A stretch of 61,556 nucleotides of DNA, the filler included, from Choristocarpus tenellus KU-1152 (lineage: Eukaryota; Protista; Phaeophyceae): assembly GCA_964200185.2 (NCBI GenBank). It is 10 parts of 10 records of this genome, joined end to end, with 100 filler letters (N's around TTAATTAATTAA, not from the genome) between each part and the next. Parts side by side here need not be neighbours in the genome. Positions count along the whole stretch, not along the records: positions 1 to 3,821 come from CAXNAD020017733.1; positions 3,922 to 10,407 come from CAXNAD020008031.1; positions 10,508 to 14,297 come from CAXNAD020017906.1; 7 more parts are not named here. One strand, written 5' to 3'. The stretch's first letter is position 1, and each line of letters opens with the position of its first letter. The notes under the pieces are model-generated. The model did no database searches. It had not been told where the DNA came from and worked only from the letters and a program-made list of their open reading frames with translations. Positions 1 to 11,323 of this stretch are shown one piece after another. Position numbers and translations under genes: made by a program.

Positions 1-109
1 GGATATTGACACTTCCTGACACAAACGATAGCCAAAATTACATCAAAATCGGAACATTGGATTTGACCCCCAAATGGACGAGGCTCTACCCTCGAAGATA
101 CTTTGACTC
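1..109 (+). mobile_element. MITE family 1, 3' part (cut by window start)
   Basis: Matches the internal sequence of the other copies (gccaaaattacatcaaaatc...atttgacccccaaatggac) and ends in the TIR taccctcgaagatactttgactc. Confidence 0.8.
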
Positions 110-218
110 ATTTACTTGACGTACCATTTTGCTTAGGTCAAGAACTCTGGATTATTATTATTATTTTGTTGCCATTCCACCCATTCTACTCCTCCGCCAC
201 CATACATAGTAAATACCA

Positions 219-695
219 CTAGTGACCAACCAGTGCGACCACCTCCATCACTGATTTAGAGCCACTCACCGATGCGGTCAATTTTCGCAACTGATTTGTG
301 GTCACCAGGCTATCTAGTGACGAACCAGTTCAACCAACGTTCACCCCTTAATTCCGTTCACCAACCATTTCCGATGACCAATCAGTGCGACCAACCTTCG
401 TCAGTGATTCCCAGTCACCAACCATATCCGATGACCAACCAGAGTTCGACAAACCTTCGCCAGTGATTTCCAGTCACCAACCATATCCGATGACCAACCA
501 GTGTGACTAACCTTCGCCACTGATTCCCAGTCACCAGCCATATCCGATGACCAACCAGAGTTCAACAAACCTTCGCCAGTGATTTCCAGTCACCAACCAT
601 ATCCGATGACCAACCAGTGCGACCAACCTTCGCCACTGATTCCCAGTCACCAGCCATATCCGATGACCAACCAGTGCGACCAATCTTCGCCACCA
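219..695. repeat. Minisatellite of about 57-59 bp units (ccatatccgatgaccaaccag...ccttcgcc.gtgatt.ccagtcacca) with a 116-bp higher-order period
   Basis: Unit starts at 421, 480, 537, 596 and 653 (spacing 59, 57, 59, 57); more degenerate units lie upstream. Confidence 0.9.
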
Positions 696-1895
696 GTTTC
701 GAGATACCAACAAATGTGTCAATTTCTGCGAATCGATCCACCTTCCTCCACATAACGTTCCACTCCACCCCACCATTCAACACCACTCCACAATCATCCA
801 AGAACCGTGCCTTTGAACTAGAAGACATCTACCCCGCCCGAACTTGAACTCCCCTTTCGGGTTTGATGTCTATTCTAGTTCACAATCGTATCTCCTGCCT
901 CGACTGCACCCAATCCTTCCTAACTCTCTGCCAGACCCTTCGAAACCCACACTGGGTCTCTCTGGTTGACCCTGACATCTACCATGAACGCCCCTGACTT
1001 CCGGATTCCAAGGTTCCGGAGCAAACTGTCGGTACCAAGGTAAGTACCTTTCACTTTACACTTCTCTGTGTGTTTTTGGGCTCTCTTTCGACCAAGGATA
1101 TATTTGTCAACTCCTGGGCACAATACTTGATTTTAGGTAGGCGTATGTCACAAAAATGTTCCATCGAAGGAAGAAAGATACACGGTTAAGAGGCTTGGGG
1201 ATACACTTTTCCCAGTGATGACCAGTTCAGATATGGCACATTTTGCTCGTAATTTTTCCACCTCCACGTCGACCTTCGGACATTCGCAAAATAAAGTTTG
1301 ACAAAAATATGTAGCTGAGTATTTTGATGGTGCGATTCTCAAGACAAAGGTTTATTATTTCTCTACATATATTTCTGAACTTGGATTATATACTCCTATA
1401 ATATACACTGACTGCGTTGCCAGGAAATAATCTGAACGACTCCCTCTTTGTGGCGCCCCACGATCTTATCCTATAGGATTGGGTTGACAGCGAAAACAAG
1501 TTATACAGTAAGATGCACGCGAATTTTCTCGTGACTAACACCATCAGAGGGCTGGAGATATTGTTCATCTTCCAGCTTACAAGGTCGACCTAGAGTGACA
1601 ACACGATCAGCGAATCCCCAAGTTCAAGGGCACCAAGTCCATGCACAGGTTCTTCACTAGTCCATGGACCGACAGTAACTCTTCTACCATGATAAACTTC
1701 CATTGGTAACAGTATAAACTGTGGGTGACAGGGCACCCACATCCTTGTGTCAAGGAGATAGATCTCAGGTTTTCCCCTGAGGACCAGGTGGGCGACATAC
1801 ACCTGCAGATTCACCTGTCAAGAAAGAAGAGTCGGCTCAAGGTGGGCGATGTGTGCATTGTGTGAACTGGTCTGTCGGAGTACAACAGGTTGGGG

Positions 1896-1939
1896 TTGTT
1901 GAAACACTAGTAAACCCCTGAGCTACCGAGCAGACACTC
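1896..1939 (-). repeat. 44-bp inverted repeat, left arm (copy 1)
   Basis: ttgttgaaacactagtaaacccctgagctaccgagcagacactc is the exact reverse complement of 2286-2329. Confidence 0.95.
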
Positions 1940-2250
1940 GCATAAGCAACAAGAACTGCTGCAAGCCCAACAAATGAGTGAAAACCGGCAACTAACTGGG
2001 GCATTGCAGTCATAACTATTTTACGAGCAATTATGGTCCCAACAATACCACCAACTGCTATTGTTATTGTAAGAGGTATTATATGTGAAAAATTAGGAAA
2101 ATTAAATGTTGCAATCAGAGCAATTGCCATCCCTATAATACCAATTATACTACCGCTTCTAGCTGATTTTGGAGATGGTAACCCTTTCAGTGCAAAGATA
2201 AAACAAACTGCCGCAATTAGGTATGAAAATTCAATTATTTGTGTATCCAT
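1940..2250 (-). pseudogene. pntB: 5' fragment (about 104 codons) of a bacterial NAD(P) transhydrogenase beta subunit
   Basis: Translates as YLIAAVCFIFALKGL.SPKSAR.G...GIIGM...MTAMPQLVAGFHSFVGLAAVLVAYA, the PntB N-terminal signature. It is intronless, AT-rich and truncated exactly at the repeat. Confidence 0.92.
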
Positions 2251-2255
2251 ATCAA

Positions 2256-2285
2256 TTATTTTTTCTTAAACATTTCGAGCATACT
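2256..2285 (-). pseudogene. pntA: Extreme 3' end of pntA (alpha / alpha-2 subunit)
   Basis: Reads (S)MLEMFKKK-stop, 5 nt before the pntB ATG. This matches the conserved PntA C-terminus RMLxMF and the bacterial operon order. Confidence 0.75.
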
Positions 2286-2348
2286 GAGTGTCTGCTCGGT
2301 AGCTCAGGGGTTTACTAGTGTTTCAACAAAAGCTACTCTCGGGGATCG
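2286..2348 (+). repeat. Inverted repeat right arm (copy 2), tRNA-like head
   Basis: The first 44 bp are identical to the reverse complement of copy 1; similarity to copy 3 continues to about 2348 (aaaagctactctcggggatcg vs aaacgctattctcgtgggatcg). Confidence 0.85.
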
Positions 2349-2514
2349 CAAGTTGTTAGACTTGTTGAGGTTTCGCCCGAGAGTTGCTATCCCTTTAATC
2401 AGTGACCAGCTTCGGCTGGGTATTTACTAGGTGAGGTTGTTTATCCTGGCGGCGTGTTATAGCCTTCTGACTGATGTGTACCCTGGCGGCGTATTTAGCC
2501 TTTGGACGGATGTA

Positions 2515-2582
2515 ACCTCGGCGGGATTCGATCCCACGAGAATAGCGTTTGTTGAAACACTAGTAAACCCCTGAGCTACTGC
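2515..2582 (-). mobile_element. tRNA-like / SINE-like head (copy 3) with Pol III A-box and B-box-like motifs
   Basis: Minus strand reads TAGCTCAGGGG ... stem TAGTGTTT/AAACGCTA ... GTGGG-ATCGAAT-CCCGC-CGAGG. Confidence 0.5.
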
Positions 2583-3821
2583 TGAGGGGCTATTGAATGG
2601 AACGCCAGGGAATACTCCTGGTACACAGAGATGTTCAATGAGGACGATGAGGTGGTGTTTGTCAGGACAGACTTCAAGGTGTTGTGTGCCAGCTTCGTTC
2701 ATGGAGTGCCAAAAGTTTGTCTCTCACGTGCAGACAGGGTGAGGTATGAGATACTTTGAAGAGGACAAGCATATTCTTGTGATATTAACATTCTAAAATA
2801 CAGGTACTTGAGGTATTTTACATATAAATCACAGCGTTTTAATTTTCCTCTTGTTTAGAAAAAAACAATATGTTGTAAATTCATCTTCAAAACCTTTCCG
2901 CCTATTTTCCTAAATACGTTTCTTGACGGAGTTCTTGATATATCCAAATTGTTTTGACGTTTTCATCACACCCGTCAAACGACATAGTCCCCCCACGGCA
3001 TAGCTATTTTTCACCATAATGCTGAGTCCCTTCATATCCTTCCCCAACAACACCTAAGATCGTTAGGACACTGCAGGATGAACAACCAGCTCGCTGTGTC
3101 GCCCCTGTTCAGGTCATCATCGCACCTGACTTCTCACACCATTGTCACAACAGCCTTGACAGCACCTTCACTATTCTCCCTGGACAGCATCAGAAATTCA
3201 CATTGGAGTCCAATCGGCAATGTTAAAGAATATGTAGAATCCCAATTCTTGATATTGAAATATGTAGATTAATTCCTTCTCTGTTATGTTGTAGGAGGTA
3301 GAAAGTTGGAGTGAGATATTACGTTCAAGAAGGGGGGTGATAAACCTTTCACTCATTACTGATCACTAATAACTTGTCACTCAATCTGTGTTACTTGCTA
3401 TGTTACTTGCTACAACAATCCTTTTCTAGGATTCTTCTTGTACTCTAATAACCCGGATAATATTTTCGTAGTCACCTTTCAAAGACAGTTCTATAAATTA
3501 TCCCATTGTCCAACATAGTTCAACAACTCAATGTTTCTCCCACAGAAATATCTCTTACACATGAATAAAAAGCAAATTCTTAACAGGCAACTTTTGTTGG
3601 GATACCTGTTCTCTTATTGAGCCAACACATGCGTGGGGACACATCTGCCGCCAACTTTGGGCGAGGCACACCACTTTCGTCCAATACGGGAAGTGGGGAT
3701 TCTATCATGTGGGTAAACGTCTGCGATGTGGATGACCCAAAGCATTTAAGAGGGTAGGTTGTTAAAGTATCCCCAAAATCATCAAAGAGGATAAAGGTGA
3801 TAAACCCGGCGAGATTACTTG

Positions 3822-3921
3822 NNNNNNNNNNNNNNNNNNNNNNNNNNNNNNNNNNNNNNNNNNNNTTAATTAATTAANNNNNNNNNNNNNNNNNNNNNNN
3901 NNNNNNNNNNNNNNNNNNNNN
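3822..3921. other. Artificial contig spacer N44-TTAATTAATTAA-N44 (also at 10408-10507, 14298-14397, 18655-18754, 23151-23250, 29331-29430, 42212-42311, 46329-46428, 55231-55330)
   Basis: Identical 100-nt blocks carrying a six-frame-stop linker. Confidence 0.98.
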
Positions 3922-6387
3922 CCCTTTCGCTACTTTGAAATAGATAGCGAAAACACAATAAACAATCAATAAACAAACAATGAGAAGACACCCCACAAAG
4001 GTCACTCTTCTAATTTCAACCATGTAATCATGTTCAGCGAAGGGGAACCGTGTGAGGCTCCACACCCTCTTTCTTCACTACGGACAAATAGCATTACCTC
4101 CCAAGGTAAATTTGCACAGAAGAGAATCAAGGATATCACGGTTAACAAATGTCTGCCTACGATATGGAACGTAAATAGACGTTTGTTCGTCGTTCCATCC
4201 CTCTCGAGTATTACATGCCGAAGCCAATCCAACTATCATGGGGAAGGCGAAGTAGGGGATGCGATGGTGAAAGTTGTACCGAGGAAAAGATGTAGCGAAA
4301 CTGAAAAGGGTGTCAGACTCCAGTTTGACTCCGTCGAGGCGGAAAGATGCCCTTCCGCGTATGGCGATGCGAAGGTCCTTGATATTTCGAAGTATGATAT
4401 CCTTGAGAGTTGCCGCCCTCTACAGGTTCAAGCAGGCCCGTTAGGACTCTTACAGCGATCCTCCAGAATGTTTGGTCTCGAGCTCCCTCTTGCCCGGTGG
4501 TAGTTCGCAGCTAGTGGCAATCGCAAGGAGGAAGGTTACCCCCAAGAGCAGTAGCAGTTTGAGTCGGCTATACGCTGCTCGAGGGGTGAGGGTCGACCCC
4601 ACCCTCACTGGATGATAGAGACACAACATTGTATTTCTCAGAACTGGTTCCAGGCTCACCTCGTCAAGACAACCCTGTTCAAGCAGGAGGAGGAAGGAAA
4701 GCACCAACGCTCCCCACCGTCAGATATCCATTCTTCAGTTGAAGATCCGCCAAATTTGGGATCGGTTTGAGCTCTACGTGCCACAGCGTGTGAGACTGGT
4801 CAACATTCTATGCGTCATCTTCGAGTCAACATGGGTTTGTTTGAGGTTTGATGGTTCGACAGTTCCCCGATATAGTTCAATGTAGGTCGTCATAATGATG
4901 TACAACAATATGTGTATGATATTGTGTGCGTCCACGCACGGGATGGAGATCGCCGTAGCGCGATGTCGCGTTGGTCTACTCCCTCTACTCACGTACGATA
5001 ACATTATTTTGCCCTCTGACATTTTCCAGATGTGTCAAGGGTGAAAACAAATGAAAACTATACACTTGTCAGTATCCGTTTCTCTTATATTTATATTATT
5101 ATGCGCTGCCGCATTTTCTGATGTGTCACGGAAAAAATCAACAAAAACTATTCACATGTCAGAATAAACCCTAAAAAACTATCTAGTAAATGTGAAAACA
5201 TTGATCTATTCACTATTTAACTACCACCTATCTATGCTGCACCACTGCCTCCCTGTGCCTCAAACCTATCTTAGTCCTGCACTCCAGGGTGAGGGGCTAG
5301 GGAGGCATCCCACGAATGTAACAAGCTCCTCTCCCATCTCCCTGGTTTCTCCAGGTCAAAGAGCATGGCCTGTCTGGATAGGGCTACCTGTGTTGTGACA
5401 GAAATTGTCGTAGACAGGATACATATATATATATAAAAGTACTCCATACCGCGATCAATTTCTTCCACAACCATACCATTCCACCGACGCTGGTAATTTC
5501 ATATTTTGTAACGAGCACCTTGCAGTCACCAGACCAAACTATTGGGGTTCGAAAATGATGGATGTTGATGCCACTGTAGAAGCATATCGATACCATGCCC
5601 CAATAGTATTAGGAACAATATTCTCTACAGACCCACGCCACCATTTCTTCCAACTCCCAGAGTGATGCTTTAGGCTCTTGCCATCATTGAGATGCAAGGA
5701 AACATTCCACCCCTTTCCCATCCTATCACTGTAGGTATGTAACAACCCCTTAAGCTGACTACAGGTATAGTTTCGAACATGTGATTTTCCATCACACTTT
5801 AAACAAGCGTTCCATACATTGGAAGATTGTCCCATGCCCTACCTGGGTATTTTGGCTCTCCTCCCATGCCTTCAACCAAATCAGTACTGTAGAAATATAT
5901 GATGTTGATAGTGAGAATCATGATACAAACAGCCCAACAACAAGACTCCTATTACAATCAACTCTATTGCTCTCCCTAGGTCATGCTTTATTATCACGGG
6001 CAAGACATCCTCTCCTCTCTATAATTAGTACATAGTACTATATACTTCGAAATATGTGCATAATACTTGAATTTTTTGTTCATGTGTTCAACCATCATAG
6101 GTGTTGCTGGTAATAGGCATTGTGAGCAATAGATGCAATGACCACAATGGAAAAACCTCTCCCATCAACTTGATGCCAGCATTCCTTATCGGGAAGCTGA
6201 GCCACAGGGCAAAATGCGGCCCGTTCACACTACATGGGGAATCTGAGCTCTTCTATTGTATACACAGCCTAACACTGAACCTATCCCTAACACTAAGTGC
6301 TACAGTATGTAACTGTTGTGTGCAGGTGCAATGCCCATAATCCCAACCGCTGAATAGCCTTTGTACCACCACTGCCAAGGCAACCTT

Positions 6388-9300
6388 TCACAGCAGCCAG
6401 AGCAACCACCAACGCTTCGCCTTCTTTTCAGTCTTACTACTCTCAGACTTTCCTCCTATCCCCGAGCTCTGCCCTTCTCCTTGGGGAGCAGCTGCAAAGT
6501 AACGGGCAGAGAAGTCTCCCACACCCGGGATAACCTGGTGATCCTTGACCCTTGTGAACGGATCCATTGCAGCAGTGATCTACAGGGTGATGATAAAAGA
6601 AAAAAGTGGCAGGCAAGAGGCATGGAAGGCGTGTTGGGTTTGACCTCAAGTAACAAGACTCAAAAGCAAGAAAGTTTTATTTGCACGCACCATACTAACC
6701 AAACCTTACTTAAGGCCCTGCCTGGCAATGAGAGGAGCAGCATGGGCAGAGAGAGGGGGCTCAGAGGTCAGGTGGCAACAGAGTGAGTTGAGGTATGAAT
6801 GGAGTGGAGTGGGGCGGAGTACAAGCGAATACAATCATGATAATGTCACTATGCAGATGGTATTGGGGTGTTCATATGATCATCTTCTAACCCTTGTTTA
6901 ACTCTATTTCCCAAGTAATTTTTGGAGTAGGTTTCCTTCCACAATTGACAAAATCCAGTTTTAAAAAAAACATTTGATCGTCTGTCCGTCCGTCCTCGCA
7001 GGTAGGTTCTATTGGCTTAGAGGTCACATACGGGTTTTGGTATGATTCTACATGTTTACGATCAAATGACCAATACCAGTACACCAATGAAAGCTTGCAA
7101 CGATAGCAACCCATTTCTACAAAAGAAACATGCCAGGCGTGTGTGTAACAGGATCTCAGAAATTCCATCTCACAATTTTTACATCAGGCAGTACTAGTAC
7201 CAAAAGTGCTCAGGACAAAATTAGGATTACACCACAAGAAAATCATTGGTGACGGGTTGCTTTTTGCACAGATCAACACCTGTGATTTCAGGCTTTCATT
7301 CAATACACTGGTCAATGACCAATTCGTTGATCTACATCTCAGAAATTTCAGACACTCTTCTTATCCTCTGGGTGACCAGTTCCGTTGCATTCATGCAGAT
7401 ACACGTACTCATGTTGCATGAATGTATTGATACTCTGAAGATATAGTAGAAAAATAAATAAACAAAAAACAATACGAAATGAAAGAGAACAATTTCAGCT
7501 TTAAAAAAAATAATCTGTGAAAGTATATCTTAAGAGGGTACAAATTTTGCCCCAGGGTTTGTTTTTTTTCTGTTTTGGGCTGGACTTCCCACAAGTATTT
7601 TTTAACGACATTTTCCTATTCCAAAATGTTTCGGAGTAGGTATCATGGGCATTTTCGGAACAATTATATCGACGATTCCTACCAAACATAATAGCCATAA
7701 TTACATCAAAATCACAACAATGGATCTTGGCCCCCAAACAGACGTGGCTCTTCTCCCTCAAAGGTACTTTGACTCAACAAAAAAAAAAACTCTGTTGGGA
7801 AGAGTATGGATTTGAATTTATCATTCTCAGACTTCTATCAAACTGTTTCGGCAGAAAATCACATGACGCAAAACAGAATACTTTTCAAAATTATCTTCCC
7901 GAAAGCGAGAGCTGAGATCCCAAAGATTCCATCTGACATGTTGCTTGCTGATGCAATTCGTAGGGTAACATCTCCAGAGTACCAAGATCTGCCAGATGCT
8001 TGTGGTGAGCACTTCCCCACCATAACTATAATTTGTAAGGCATCTATAACTTCGATTACCAAAGCCTTAGCTGTGCTCACAAGGACATCAACCCTTCGGC
8101 ATCACATCCCACCCTTTTTTTATTTGTTCAAATTCCAATTATGATGGCAACAAGCAAAAAATAACCAACAGTAACAACCATATGACGGATGAATGAACAC
8201 CATTGGGTCAGTGTGACAACCTTACAAAACAGACAAAAAACACACACACAAGGGTCTTACTTAAACAATGGGAAATAAAGCAATTTTCTACTCCAGCAAC
8301 AAAAAACATAAGAGCACACACACATTCCAATTCCACACCGTCTCCCATGCACCATCCCAGGATGCCATGCACTGTACATCATCACTAAGGCATGCTCACC
8401 ACAAGCATGTCCTTGGCCTCCTTCGTAAGTTTCTCGCACGCCTCCTTACTGATCACCACCGATAGCTGTGCAAAACATAAGAAAAAAAATGAAAGGAAAA
8501 AGAAAAAAACAAATGCATTGAAACAGTCAGTGCAACACAAAATCTTGATTTTTTTTCTCATGCATCGGAACAAAAAATATATTCTTGTTGATACTTCAGA
8601 TTGCTCCAGAGCATCACCAAGCAACACACACACACACACACTGATAAAACAGCTACTAGTGTACAGTTATGTGATTGTTGTCCTGGGTGTGCAAACCAAG
8701 AACAAGGAAAGCAGCCCCTTACCTAAGCAACAAAACAGATGTGAACATCTGGGCTGTAAAAATAAAAGGCACATTTCTCAAGGAACCAACAATAACCACC
8801 CAAACAATTAACATCCACCCCCAAAACTCTCCACTACACACACACACACACCAGAATGACATCTTCCTCCTTCACTCCTGCTTCCTCCAGGGCTTCCAGT
8901 GCAGTCAGTACAGGTTCAGCATACCCAACCTGATCTTCCCAATCAAAACATCATAGGGCAAAATAAGTAGAGCATCTGAATTTAGAATCGCTCTTGCAAA
9001 CAGGGAATCCTAAAATAAAAATACTATTAGCAATGAAAATAAATGAAAACGCCTAGGGATATGTTAGGGTTAGGATTGGGGTCGTCAAAGTGCAATGCTG
9101 AGAAACCGCTCAAACATATGGTGTAATTTCCAGCAGATGATCTCCTCATCAGTATGCATGTGGCAAGAGAAACACATCTCACCGTTTTTGGCAGAAAAGG
9201 TGATAGGAAAGTGGTAGGGGGAGGGGGGGAGTACTCATCACGATGCAATGCCCTTAGAATCATGAGAGAATCAAACAAGGAGTATGAGGTGGACTGGCGA

Positions 9301-9432
9301 CAGTTACAAACTCATTGGCTCATTTGTTTGTGTGTGTCGTACAATGCGTGTCTGAATGCATATAAATTTGCCGCCATCTACAAACTGGCCGAACACACAC
9401 ACATTAGTTGTACACACACACACATTAGTTGT

Positions 9433-9465
<33 letters not shown>

Positions 9466-10006
9466 TAGAACCAAGTGACAAATTGGCAAAAACCCCTCAA
9501 CTTCCCTCTTTGCCTGCCCGCACTATCGAGGTAAATCAACATCAACAAAGATATTACGTTCCCCACGGGACACGCTCCTACCCCCAGAGAATGCCACAGT
9601 GGGAAGCAAACAATTGCATCACCATTACCCTCCCCCAAGCAGGCAAGTTTCACATTCAGTGACTTGTAAGGGTGAAAAAAAAGCTTCAAAGCGAACCAGT
9701 AGAAGACTATCAACCAGTACATGCATGTCAGAGGAAAGGGTTGGTGGTTAGGAGGTCTGTACCAGTGCACATGATACCCCTCCTTTTGAATCAACCCACC
9801 ACTGGCACCAGCAACAGTACGTGCTTCTTCCTGATACCCAATGGGAGTTCCACCTTGGAGGCGTGTGTGAGACCCTTCACACTCACAACCCCTCGCTTGG
9901 CTGAAGGTAGTACTAGATCAAGCGCAGAGTCAAACACTCCGGGTTGCTCGCCTTCAAGGGTAAGAGAAACAGCACATATTTCCAGGTCGTCCTCGGGGAG
10001 CACACC
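6388..10006 (-). CDS. Uracil phosphoribosyltransferase (UPRT)-fold protein, 5'-partial; exons 10006-9800, 8929-8852, 8465-8400, 6579-6388
   Basis: All introns are GT-AG and phase 0. Spliced product: ...ICAVSL...ELPLGIRKKHVLLLVPV/VGYAEPVLTALEALEEAGVKEEDVIL/LSVVISKEACEKL.../ITAAMDP...VIPGVGDFSARYF, where the last motif matches UPRT IVPGLGDFGDRYF. Confidence 0.82.
7515..7775 (+). mobile_element. MITE family 1 copy (intronic)
   Basis: Runs from gtgaaagtatatcttaagagggtac to ctccctcaaaggtactttgactc, with the shared internal sequence. Confidence 0.85.
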
Positions 10007-11057
10007 CTGTTTGTGGATGGAAACGGTGAGTGTTCCATCATTTGAATGAATGAATATGATATTTATATATATGAGCTACCACCGCTGGATGCATACTACA
10101 CCAGGACTACTCTATTTGACACACTGATCACCATTCTGTAAAAGGAAGGATGGCGATAGATTTACATGGGAGGATAGGGTGGGATGAGACAGGGCACAAT
10201 GTGATAGCTGGACCAGCGGTTTCCAGAAGGATGGGTAATGAGGAATTGATGCAAAGGATGGAGGGTAGAACAGAGCAAGGAAATCAGGGACACATGCACA
10301 ACTAGTCGAGCTGTAAAATGGCTCCTCTATCTCTAATCTCCCTTGAGGAGGAAGTCGTGGCGGTGATGCCATACCACTTGTCCATCAATTTAGCAAATAC
10401 TTAATAANNNNNNNNNNNNNNNNNNNNNNNNNNNNNNNNNNNNNNNNNNNNTTAATTAATTAANNNNNNNNNNNNNNNNNNNNNNNNNNNNNNNNNNNNN
10501 NNNNNNNCCACCCACCCCCCAAAGAGACGTTCAAAAATAAGAAAAATAATTAAAGGAGGAGGAAACAACTCGCGTACATAGTGTCAACCTATACTCAAAC
10601 CGTGATAAATGGCAGTTTTCGCTAGAAAGCAAAGCAGTTGACACTTGTAGCTGACATTAAACACCACCCAGATGTATGTATGCCAAGACCACAAACAATA
10701 CACCTGGAAGCAGCTTGTATACAGCAAAAAATGGACACAACCCAGCAAGCTTCAAAAACAAACTCTGGAGTCGCGTCTATACTTCACACCAAAAATTACT
10801 AACGGCGCTTCACTTTGCTATACCATCAAAAAATATGCAACTGGTCAAATGACAACAATGCATTATCCAAGAGCTATAGCATAATACATACGATAAGCTT
10901 CCATCTGCAGTGTGATCCACTAACATCAATACAAAATCACTCCAAAGTGTGAACATATGTAAACATGTGTAATTCTCATTTCCCAAGTGTAAATACACTA
11001 TGTTTAGCTCATAATTCACTACATGTCCCCCTCCCCCAGACCACCAGAAGAGAGTAC

Positions 11058-11323
11058 AACTGAAAGTATCTTAGAGGGTTCGAATTTTCCCTGTTTGTCC
11101 GCTTGGGGCTTGACTTCGCACGATTACCTTATGACATTTCCCTGCACGAAAACGTTTTGAAGTAGGTAAAATGCATACTTTTGGATTATGTATCATGTTT
11201 ATGTCTGGAAGAAGGACACTGACACTTCCTAACAAACAAAAAATCCAAAATTACATCAAAATTGCAATATTGGATTTTGGCCCCCAAACGGACACGGTTC
11301 TACCCTCTAAGATACTTTGACTC
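11058..11323 (+). mobile_element. MITE family 1 copy
   Basis: TIRs tgaaagtatcttagaggg and taccctctaagatactttgactc. Confidence 0.88.

Noticed and set aside
219-695. CRISPR-like array or repeat-protein ORFs
   Set aside because: There are no unique spacers and no cas genes; the 59-bp units break the frame, so the ORFs are by-products of a minisatellite.
780-1890. Possible LTR-retrotransposon/integrase remnant
   Set aside because: The composition is coding-like, but I could not find a diagnostic RT, integrase or protease motif in any frame.
1837-2250. 137-aa ORF as a functional pntB
   Set aside because: Only about 104 codons are PntB; the rest is read-through into the repeat (SVCSVAQGFTSVST, also present in the neighbouring ORFs).
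2330-2410. Hammerhead ribozyme (minus strand CUGAUUA...GAAAC)
   Set aside because: The core should be CUGANGA; stem II closure and a properly placed NUH site are missing.
3822-3921. Recurrent TTAATTAATTAA motif as a biological repeat
   Set aside because: Always centred in an identical N-padded 100-nt block, so it is a synthetic concatenation linker.
4030-4503. 157-aa ORF
   Set aside because: No recognisable motif; an overlapping minus-strand open frame is equally plausible, so no call is made.
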